From Balanoglossus misakiensis (taxonomy: Eukaryota; Animalia; Hemichordata): a DNA stretch of 64,000 nucleotides. The stretch lies in contig CM082576.2 of the NCBI GenBank assembly GCA_040954595.2, forward strand, positions 1,648,760 through 1,712,759. Reading direction: 5' to 3'. Each line of letters starts with the position of its first letter. Positions within the stretch are counted from its first letter, which is position 1. The notes under the pieces are model-generated. The model was not told the DNA's origin. It ran no database searches and saw nothing but the letters and a program-made list of their open reading frames with translations. The translations under genes and the position numbers were made by a program. This document shows positions 1-11,125 of the stretch, piece by piece.

Positions 1-3000
1 ACCCATGATTTTGTCAAAAAATGAAGAAATTTTGAAATTTCGGAAAGTCGAAAAATTGTCATTTTCGGATGATTTTCATGAGCTATAACCCATGATTTTG
101 TCAAAAAATGAAGAAATTTTGAAATTTCGGAAAGTCGAAAAATTGTCATTTTCGGATGATTTTCATGAGCTATAACCCATGATTTTGTCAAAAAATGAAG
201 AAATTTTGAAATTTCGGAAAGTCGAAAAATTGTCATTTTCGGATGATTTTCATGAGCTATAACCCATGATTTTGTCAAAAAATGAAGAAATTTTGAAATT
301 TCGGAAAGTCGAAAAATTGTCATTTTCGGATGATACACATTTCATGAGCTATAACCCATGATTTTGTCAAAAAATGAAGAAATTTTGAAATTTCGGAAAG
401 TCGAAAAATTGTCATTTTCGGATGATTTTCATGAGCTATAACCCATGATTTTGTCAAAAAATGAAGAAATTTTGAAATTTCGGAAAGTCGAAAAATTGTC
501 ATTTTCGGATGATTTTCATGAGCTATAACCCATGATTTTGTCAAAAAATGAAGAAATTTTGAAATTTCGGAAAGTCGAAAAATTGTCATTTTCGGATGAT
601 TTTCATGAGCTATAACCCATGATTTTGTCAAAAAATGAAGAAATTTTGAAATTTCGGAAAGTCGAAAAATTGTCATTTTCGGATGATTTTCATGAGCTAT
701 AACCCATGATTTTGTCAAAAAATGAAGAAATTTTGAAATTTCGGAAAGTCGAAAAATTGTCATTTTCGGATGATTTTCATGAGCTATAACCCATGATTTT
801 GTCAAAAAATGAAGAAATTTTGAAATTTCGGAAAGTCGAAAAATTGTCATTTTCGGATGATTTTCATGAGCTATAACCCATGATTTTGTCAAAAAATGAA
901 GAAATTTTGAAATTTCGGAAAGTCGAAAAATTGTCATTTTCGGATGATTTTCATGAGCTATAACCCATGATTTTGTCAAAAAATGAAGAAATTTTGAAAT
1001 TTCGGAAAGTCGAAAAATTGTCATTTTCGGATGATTTTCATGAGCTATAACCCATGATTTTGTCAAAAAATGAAGAAATTTTGAAATTTCGGAAAGTCGA
1101 AAAATTGTCATTTTCGGATGATTTTCATGAGCTATAACCCATGATTTTGTCAAAAAATGAAGAAATTTTGAAATTTCGGAAAGTCGAAAAATTGTCATTT
1201 TCGGATGATTTTCATGAGCTATAACCCATGATTTTGTCAAAAAATGAAGAAATTTTGAAATTTCGGAAAGTCGAAAAATTGTCATTTTCGGATGATTTTC
1301 ATGAGCTATAACCCATGATTTTGTCAAAAAATGAAGAAATTTTGAAATTTCGGAAAGTCGAAAAATTGTCATTTTCGGATGATTTTCATGAGCTATAACC
1401 CATGATTTTGTCAAAAAATGAAGAAATTTTGAAATTTCGGAAAGTCGAAAAATTGTCATTTTCGGATGATTTTCATGAGCTATAACCCATGATTTTCTCA
1501 AAAAATGAAGAAATTTTGAAATTTCGGAAAGTCGAAAAATTGTCATTTTCGGATGATTTTCATGAGCTATAACCCATGATTTTGTCAAAAAATGAAGAAA
1601 TTTTGAAATTTCGGAAAGTCGAAAAATTGTCATTTTCGGATGATTTTCATGAGCTATAACCCATGATTTTGTCAAAAAATGAAAAAGAGAAATTTTGAAA
1701 TTTCGGAAAGTCGAAAAATTGTCATTTTCGGATGATTTTCATGAGCTATAACCCATGATTTTGTCAAAAAATGAAGAAATTTTGAAATTTCGGAAAGTCG
1801 AAAAATTGTCATTTTCGGATGATTTTCATGAGCTATAACCCATGATTTTGTCAAAAAATGAAGAAATTTTGAAATTTCGGAAAGTCGAAAAATTGTCATT
1901 TTCGGATGATTTTCATGAGCTATAACCCATGATTTTGTCAAAAAATGAAGAAATTTTGAAATTTCGGAAAGTCGAAAAATTGTCATTTTCGGATGATTTT
2001 CATGAGCTATAACCCATGATTTTGTCAAAAAATGAAGAAATTTTGAAATTTCGGAAAGTCGAAAAATTGTCATTTTCGGATGATTTTCATGAGCTATAAC
2101 CCATGATTTTGTCAAAAAATGAAGAAATTTTGAAATTTCGGAAAGTCGAAAAATTGTCATTTTCGGATGATTTTCATGAGCTATAACCCATGATTTTGTC
2201 AAAAAATGAAGAAATTTTGAAATTTCGGAAAGTCGAAAAATTGTCATTTTCGGATGATTTTCATGAGCTATAACCCATGATTTTGTCAAAAAATGAAGAA
2301 ATTTTGAAATTTCGGAAAGTCGAAAAATTGTCATTTTCGGATGATTTTCATGAGCTATAACCCATGATTTTGTCAAAAAATGAAGAAATTTTGAAATTTC
2401 GGAAAGTCGAAAAATTGTCATTTTCGGATGATTTTCATGAGCTATAACCCATGATTTTGTCAAAAAATGAAGAAATTTTGAAATTTCGGAAAGTCGAAAA
2501 ATTGTCATTTTCGGATGATTTTCATGAGCTATAACCCATGATTTTGTCAAAAAATGAAGAATTTTGAAATTTCGGAAAGTCGAAAAATTGTCATTTTCGG
2601 ATGATTTTCATGAGCTATAACCCATGATTTTGTCAAAAAATGAAGAAATTTTGAAATTTCGGAAAGTCGAAAAATTGTCATTTTCGGATGATTTTCATGA
2701 GCTATAACCCATGATTTTGTCAAAAAATGAAGAAATTTTGAAATTTCGGAAAGTCGAAAAATTGTCATTTTCGGATGATTTTCATGAGCTATAACCCATG
2801 ATTTTGTCAAAAATGAAGAAATTTTGAAATTTCGGAAAGTCGAAAAATTGTCATTTTCGGATGATTTTCATGAGCTATAACCCATGATTTTGTCAAAAAA
2901 TGAAGAAATTTTGAAATTTCGGAAAGTCGAAAAATTGTCATTTTCGGATGATTTTCATGAGCTATAACCCATGATTTTGTCAAAAAATGAAGAAATTTTG

Positions 3001-6000
3001 AAATTTCGGAAAGTCGAAAAATTGTCATTTTCGGATGATTTTCATGAGCTATAACCCATGATTTTGTCAAAAAATGAAGAAATTTTGAAATTTCGGAAAG
3101 TCGAAAAATTGTCATTTTCGGATGATTTTCATGAGCTATAACCCATGATTTTGTCAAAAAATGAAGAAATTTTGAAATTTCGGAAAGTCGAAAAATTGTC
3201 ATTTTCGGATGATTTTCATGAGCTATAACCCATGATTTTGTCAAAAAATGAAGAAATTTTGAAATTTCGGAAAGTCGAAAAATTGTCATTTTCGGATGAT
3301 TTTCATGAGCTATAACCCATGATTTTGTCAAAAAATGAAGAAATTTTGAAATTTCGGAAAGTCGAAAAATTGTCATTTTCGGATGATTTTCATGAGCTAT
3401 AACCCATGATTTTGTCAAAAAATGAAGAAATTTTGAAATTTCGGAAAGTCGAAAAATTGTCATTTTCGGATGATTTTCATGAGCTATAACCCATGATTTT
3501 GTCAAAAAATGAAGAAATTTTGAAATTTCGGAAAGTCGAAAAATTGTCATTTTCGGATGATTTTCATGAGCTATAACCCATGATTTTGTCAAAAAATGAA
3601 GAAATTTTGAAATTTCGGAAAGTCGAAAAATTGTCATTTTCGGATGATTTTCATGAGCTATAACCCATGATGATTTTGTCAAAAAATGAAGAAATTTTGA
3701 AATTTCGGAAAGTCGAAAAATTGTCATTTTCGGATGATTTTCATGAGCTATAACCCATGATTTTGTCAATTTTGAATTTCGGAAAGTCGAAAAATTGTCA
3801 TTTTCGGATGATTTTCATGGGCTATAACCCATGATTTTGTAAGAAATGATACACATCTCTAGAATTTTTGAAATTTCGGAAAGTCGAAAAATTGTCATTT
3901 TCGGATGATTTTCATGGGCTATAACCCATGATTTTGTCAAAAAATGAAGAAATTTTGAAATTTCGGAAAGTCGAAAAATTGTCATTTTCGGATGATTTTC
4001 ATGGGCTATAACCATGATTTTGTCAAAAAATGAAGAAATTTTGAAATTTCGGAAAGTCGAAAAATTGTCATTTTCGGATGATTTTCATGAGCTATAACCC
4101 ATGATTTTGTCAAAAAATGAAGAAATTTTGAAATTTCGGAAAGTCGAAAAATTGTCATTTTCGGATGATTTTCATGAGCTATAACCCATGATTTTGTCAA
4201 AAAATGAAGAAATTTTGAAATTTCGGAAAGTCGAAAAATTGTCAATTTCGGATGATTTTCATGAGCTATAACCCATGATTTTGTCAAAAAATGAAGAAAT
4301 TTTGAAATTTCGGAAAGTCGAAAAATTGTCATTTTCGGATGATTTTCATGAGCTATAACCCATGATTTTCTCAAAAAATGAAGAAATTTTGAAATTTCGG
4401 AAAGTCGAAAAATTGTCATTTTCGGATGATTTTCATGAGCTATAACCCATGATTTTCTCAAAAAATGAAGAAATTTTGAAATTTCGGAAAGTCGAAAAAT
4501 TGTCATTTTCGGATGATTTTCATGAGCTATAACCCATGATTTTCTCAAAAAAATGAAGAAATTTTTGAAATTTCGGAAAGTCGAAAAATTGTCATTTTCG
4601 GATGATTTTCATGAGCTATAACCCATGATTTTCTCAAAAAATGAAGAAATTTTGAAATTTCGGAAAGTCGAAAAATTGTCATTTTCGGATGATTTTCATG
4701 AGCTATAACCCATGATTTTGTCAAAAAATGAAGAAATTTTGAAATTTCGGAAAGTCGAAAAATTGTCATTTTCGGATGATTTTCATGAGCTATAACCCAT
4801 GATTTTGTCAAAAAATGAAGAAATTTTGAAATTTCGGAAAGTCGAAAAATTGTCATTTTCGGATGATTTTCATGAGCTATAACCCATGATTTTGTCAAAA
4901 AATGAAGAAATTTTGAAATTTCGGAAAGTCGAAAAATTGTCATTTTCGGATGATTTTCATGAGCTATAACCCATGATTTTGTCAAAAAATGAAGAAATTT
5001 TGAAATTTCGGAAAGTCGAAAAATTGTCATTTTCGGATGATTTTCATGAGCTATAACCCATGATTTTGTCAAAAAATGAAGAAATTTTGAAATTTCGGAA
5101 AGTCGAAAAATTGTCATTTTCGGATGATTTTCATGAGCTATAACCCATGATTTTGTCAAAAAATGAAGAAATTTTGAAATTTCGGAAAGTCGAAAAATTG
5201 TCATTTTCGGATGATTTTCATGAGCTATAACCCATGATTTTGTCAAAAAATGAAGAAATTTTGAAATTTCGGAAAGTCGAAAAATTGTCATTTTCGGATG
5301 ATTTTCATGAGCTATAACCCATGATTTTGTCAAAAAATGAAGAAATTTTGAAATTTCGGAAAGTCGAAAAATTGTCATTTTCGGATGATTTTCATGAGCT
5401 ATAACCCATGATTTTGTCAAAAAATGAAGAAATTTTGAAATTTCGGAAAGTCGAAAAATTGTCATTTTCGGATGATTTTCATGAGCTATAACCCATGATT
5501 TTGTCAAAAAATGAAGAAATTTTGAAATTTCGGAAAGTCGAAAAATTGTCATTTTCGGATGATTTTCATGAGCTATAACCCATGATTTTGTCAAAAAATG
5601 AAGAAATTTTGAAATTTCGGAAAGTCGAAAAATTGTCATTTTCGGATGATTTTCATGAGCTATAACCCATGATTTTGTCAAAAAATGAAGAAATTTTGAA
5701 ATTTCGGAAAGTCGAAAAATTGTCATTTTCGGATGATTTTCATGAGCTATAACCCATGATTTTGTCAAAAAATGAAGAAATTTTGAAATTTCGGAAAGTC
5801 GAAAAATTGTCATTTTCGGATGATTTTCATGAGCTATAACCCATGATTTTGTCAAAAAATGAAGAAATTTTGAAATTTCGGAAAGTCGAAAAATTGTCAA
5901 TTTCGGATGATTTTCATGAGCTATAACCCATGATTTTGTCAAAAAATGAAGAAATTTTGAAATTTCGGAAAGTCGAAAAATTGTCATTTTCGGATGATTT

Positions 6001-9000
6001 TCATGAGCTATAACCCATGATTTTGTCAAAAAATGAAGAAATTTTGAAATTTCGGAAAGTCGAAAAATTGTCATTTTCGGATGATTTTCATGAGCTATAA
6101 CCCATGATTTTGTCAAAAAATGAAGAAATTTTGAAATTTCGGAAAGTCGAAAAATTGTCATTTTCGGATGATTTTCATGAGCTATAACCCATGATTTTGT
6201 CAAAAAATGAAGAAATTTTGAAATTTCGGAAAGTCGAAAAATTGTCATTTTCGGATGATTTTCATGAGCTATAACCCATGATTTTGTCAAAAAATGAAGA
6301 AATTTTGAAATTTCGGAAAGTCGAAAAATTGTCATTTTCGGATGATTTTCATGAGCTATAACCCATGATTTTGTCAAAAAATGAAGAAATTTTGAAATTT
6401 CGGAAAGTCGAAAAATTGTCATTTTCGGATGATTTTCATGAGCTATAACCCATGATTTTGTCAAAAAATGAAGAAATTTTGAAATTTCGGAAAGTCGAAA
6501 AATTGTCATTTTCGGATGATTTTCATGAGCTATTATAACCCATGATTTTGTCAAAAAATGAAGAAATTTTGAAATTTCGGAAAGTCGAAAAATTGTCATT
6601 TTCGGATGATTTTCATGAGCTATTATAACCCATGATTTTGTCAAAAAATGAAGAAATTTTGAAATTTCGGAAAGTCGAAAAATTGTCATTTTCGGATGAT
6701 TTTCATGAGCTATAACCCATGATTTTGTCAAAAAATGAAGAAATTTTGAAATTTCGGAAAGTCGAAAAATTGTCATTTTCGGATGATTTTCATGAGCTAT
6801 AACCCATGATTTTGTCAAAAAATGAAGAAATTTTGAAATTTCGGAAAGTCGAAAAATTGTCATTTTCGGATGATTTTCATGAGCTATAACCCATGATTTT
6901 GTCAAAAAATGAAGAAATTTTGAAATTTCGGAAAGTCGAAAAATTGTCATTTTCGGATGATTTTCATGAGCTATAACCCATGATTTTGTCAAAAAATGAA
7001 GAAATTTTGAAATTTCGGAAAGTCGAAAAATTGTCAATTTCGGATGATTTTCATGAGCTATAACCCATGATTTTGTCAAAAAATGAAGAAATTTTGAAAT
7101 TTCGGAAAGTCGAAAAATTGTCATTTTCGGATGATTTTCATGAGCTATAACCCATGATTTTCTCAAAAAATGAAGAAATTTTGAAATTTCGGAAAGTCGA
7201 AAAATTGTCATTTTCGGATGATTTTCATGAGCTATAACCCATGATTTTGTCAAAAAATGAAGAAATTTTGAAATTTCGGAAAGTCGAAAAATTGTCATTT
7301 TCGGATGATTTTCATGAGCTATAACCCATGATTTTCTCAAAAAATGAAGAAATTTTGAAATTTCGGAAAGTCGAAAAATTGTCATTTTCGGATGATTTTC
7401 ATGAGCTATAACCCATGATTTTGTCAAAAAATGAAGAAATTTTGAAATTTCGGAAAGTCGAAAAATTGTCATTTTCGGATGATTTTCATGAGCTATAACC
7501 CATGATTTTGTCAAAAAATGAAGAAATTTTGAAATTTCGGAAAGTCGAAAAATTGTCATTTTCGGATGATTTTCATGAGCTATTATAACCCATGATTTTC
7601 TCAAAAAATGAAGAAATTTTGAAATTTCGGAAAGTCGAAAAATTGTCATTTTCGGATGATTTTCATGAGCTATAACCCATGATTTTGTCAAAAAATGAAG
7701 AAATTTTGAAATTTCGGAAAGTCGAAAAATTGTCATTTTCGGATGATTTTCATGAGCTATAACCCATGATTTTGTCAAAAAATGAAGAAATTTTGAAATT
7801 TCGGAAAGTCGAAAAATTGTCATTTTCGGATGATTTTCATGAGCTATAACCCATAATTTTCTCAAAAAATGAAGAAATTTTGAAATTTCGGAAAGTCGAA
7901 AAATTGTCATTTTCGGATGATTTTCATGAGCTATAACCCATGATTTTCTCAAAAAATGAAGAAATTTTGAAATTTCGGAAAGTCGAAAAATTGTCATTTT
8001 CGGATGATTTTCATGAGCTATAACCCATGATTTTGTCAAAAAATGAAGAAATTTTGAAATTTCGGAAAGTCGAAAAATTGTCATTTTCGGATGATTTTCA
8101 TGAGCTATAACCCATGATTTTGTCAAAAAATGAAGAAATTTTGAAATTTCGGAAAGTCGAAAAATTGTCATTTTCGGATGATTTTCATGAGCTATATATA
8201 ACCCATGATTTTGTCAAAAAATGAAGAAATTTTGAAATTTCGGAAAGTCGAAAAATTGTCATTTTCGGATGATTTTCATGAGCTATAACCCATGATTTTG
8301 TCAAAAAATGAAGAAATTTTGAAATTTCGGAAAGTCGAAAAATTGTCATTTTCGGATGATTTTCATGAGCTATAACCCATGATTTTGTCAAAAAATGAAG
8401 AAATTTTGAAATTTCGGAAAGTCGAAAAATTGTCATTTTCGGATGATTTTCATGAGCTATAACCCATGATTTTGTCAAAAAATGAAGAAATTTTGAAATT
8501 TCGGAAAGTCGAAAAATTGTCATTTTCGGATGATTTTCATGAGCTATAACCCATGATTTTGTCAAAAAATGAAGAAATTTTGAAATTTCGGAAAGTCGAA
8601 AAATTGTCATTTTCGGATGATTTTCATGAGCTATTATAACCCATGATTTTGTCAAAAAATGAAGAAATTTTGAAATTTCGGAAAGTCGAAAAATTGTCAT
8701 TTTCGGATGATTTTCATGAGCTATTATAACCCATGATTTTCTCAAAAAATGAAGAAATTTTGAAATTTCGGAAAGTCGAAAAATTGTCATTTTCGGATGA
8801 TTTTCATGAGCTATTATAACCCATGATTTTCTCAAAAAATGAAGAAATTTTGAAATTTCGGAAAGTCGAAAAATTGTCATTTTCGGATGATTTTCATGAG
8901 CTATAACCCATGATTTTCTCAAAAAATGAAGAAATTTTGAAATTACGGAAAGTCGAAAAATTGTCATTTTCGGATGATTTTCATGAGCTATAACCCATGA

Positions 9001-10597
9001 TTTTGTCAAAAAATGAAGAAATTTTGAAATTTCGGAAAGTCGAAAAATTGTCATTTTCGGATGATTTTCATGAGCTATAACCCATGATTTTTTCAAAAAA
9101 TGAAGAAATTTTGAAATTTCGGAAAGTCGAAAAATTGTCATTTTCGGATGATTTTCATGATTTTTTCAAAAAATGAAGAAATTTTGAAATTTCGGAAAGT
9201 CGAAAAATTGTCATTTTCGGATGATTTTCATGAGCTATAACCCATGATTTTGTCAAAAAATGAAGAAATTTTGAAATTTCGGAAAGTCGAAAAATTGTCA
9301 TTTTCGGATGATTTTCATGAGCTATAACCCATGATTTTGTCAAAAAATGAAGAAATTTTGAAATTTCGGAAAGTCGAAAAATTGTCATTTTCGGATGATT
9401 TTCATGAGCTATAACCCATGATTTTGTCAAAAAATGAAGAAATTTTGAAATTTCGGAAAGTCGAAAAATTGTCATTTTCGGATGATTTTCATGAGCTATA
9501 ACCCATGATTTTGTCAAAAAATGAAGAAATTTTGAAATTTCGGAAAGTCGAAAAATTGTCATTTTCGGATGATTTTCATGAGCTATAACCCATGATTTTG
9601 TCAAAAAATGAAGAAATTTTGAAATTTCGGAAAGTCGAAAAATTGTCATTTTCGGATGATTTTCATGAGCTATAACCCATGATTTTGTCAAAAAATGAAG
9701 AAATTTTGAAATTTCGGAAAGTCGAAAAATTGTCATTTTCGGATGATTTTCATGATTTTTTCAAAAAATGAAGAAATTTTGAAATTTCGGAAAGTCGAAA
9801 AATTGTCATTTTCGGATGATTTTCATGAGCTATAACCCATGATTTTGTCAAAAAATGAAGAAATTTTGAAATTTCGGAAAGTCGAAAAATTGTCATTTTC
9901 GGATGATTTTCATGAGCTATAACCCATGATTTTGTCAAAAAATGAAGAAATTTTGAAATTTCGGAAAGTCGAAAAATTGTCATTTTCGGATGATTTTCAT
10001 GAGCTATAACCCATGATTTTGTCAAAAAATGAAGAAATTTTGAAATTTCGGAAAGTCGAAAAATTGTCATTTTCGGATGATTTTCATGAGCTATAACCCA
10101 TGATTTTGTCAAAAAATGAAGAAATTTTGAAATTTCGGAAAGTCGAAAAATTGTCATTTTCGGATGATTTTCATGAGCTATAACCCATGATTTTGTCAAA
10201 AAATGAAGAAATTTTGAAATTTCGGAAAGTCGAAAAATTGTCATTTTCGGATGATTTTCATGAGCTATAACCCATGATTTTGTCAAAAAATGAAGAAATT
10301 TTGAAATTTCGGAAAGTCGAAAAATTGTCATTTTCGGATGATTTTCATGAGCTATAACCCATGATTTTGTCAAAAAATGAAGAAATTTTGAAATTTCGGA
10401 AAGTCGAAAAATTGTCATTTTCGGATGATTTTCATGAGCTATAACCCATGATTTTTTCAAAAAAATGAAGAAATTTTGAAATTTCGGAAAGTCGAAAAAT
10501 TGTCATTTTCGGATGATTTTCATGAGCTATAACCCATGATTTTTTCAAAAAATGAAGAAATTTTGAAATTTCGGAAAGTCGAAAAATCGTCATTTTC
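1..10597. repeat. Tandem satellite array, 87-bp monomer, about 120 near-identical copies, truncated by the window's left edge
   Basis: Monomer ACCCATGATTTTGTCAAAAAATGAAGAAATTTTGAAATTTCGGAAAGTCGAAAAATTGTCATTTTCGGATGATTTTCATGAGCTATA repeats head-to-tail with only scattered SNPs and indels. Confidence 0.99.
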
Positions 10598-10928
10598 AAA
10601 AGTTTCCAAAGTCGAGAATTTCTCGCCTTTTGACCGTTTTCATGAGCTATAACCCATGAAATATGCCCAAAATGACAAAATCACCCTTGAAAGTCGAGAA
10701 TTTGCCATTTTTGACGCTTTCCGTGAGCTATAACCCATGAAAAATGCCCAAGATGACAAAATCACCAAGATTCGCAAAGTCGATGTCTGGTAGTTTTCAT
10801 GAGCTATAGCCCATGATAAATGTCCAAACATGACAACACCACCAAAGTTTGTATAGTCGGGAATTTGTCATCTATTGACAGTTTTCATGAGATATGGGTT
10901 ATAGCTCTGGAAAATTGTCAAAAATGAC
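10598..10928. repeat. Diverged terminal monomers of the satellite, ending in an inverted core
   Basis: Core GAGCTATA(A/G)CCCATGA is retained near 10640, 10720 and 10797, and AAAGTCGA near 10608, 10690 and 10776, while the sequence between them diverges. The reverse-complement core ATGGGTTATAGCTC lies at 10894-10907. Confidence 0.9.
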
Positions 10929-10958
10929 CCAGACAAAGCTTTCCTCTTGTGTCTGGGT
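10927..10958. other. GC-rich hairpin at the exact end of the satellite
   Basis: ACCCAGACA (10927-10935) and TGTCTGGGT (10950-10958) form a perfect 9-bp inverted repeat. Confidence 0.7.
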
Positions 10959-11125
10959 GTGGTATAAATGCATGCGTCTTTAACGTGTAAGGTCATTGTG
11001 AGGTCAACCGCCCAACCCGGAAGCCCCTCAGTGGCCTTACATCCATAACGGTGTGTGAGTCCATCTGGTAGCCCTGAGCTGGCAAATGGTGGTGTCGTTA
11101 CCCCGTGCATGTGTTTGCTGAGGGC
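10959..11125 (+). promoter_or_regulatory. Putative MTHFSD promoter/5'UTR
   Basis: Locally GC/CpG-rich stretch just upstream of the predicted ATG. Contains TATAAAT 10963-10969, AGGTCA-N5-AGGTCA 10990-11006, GC box CCGCCC 11008-11013 and ETS-like CCGGAAG 11017-11023. Confidence 0.55.

Noticed and set aside
320-10460. Long minus-strand ORFs (up to 1208 aa) of a 29-aa repeat as a protein-coding gene
   Set aside because: They follow automatically from an 87-bp unit with one stop-free frame. Codons are identical between copies, most substitutions are non-synonymous (T>R, T>K, M>L, S>L, E>V), frameshifting indels are frequent, and there is no unique N- or C-terminal domain.
10598-10928. CRISPR-like repeat/spacer pattern at the array end
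   Set aside because: The 'spacers' are homologous to each other and to the monomer, the context is eukaryotic, and there are no cas genes.
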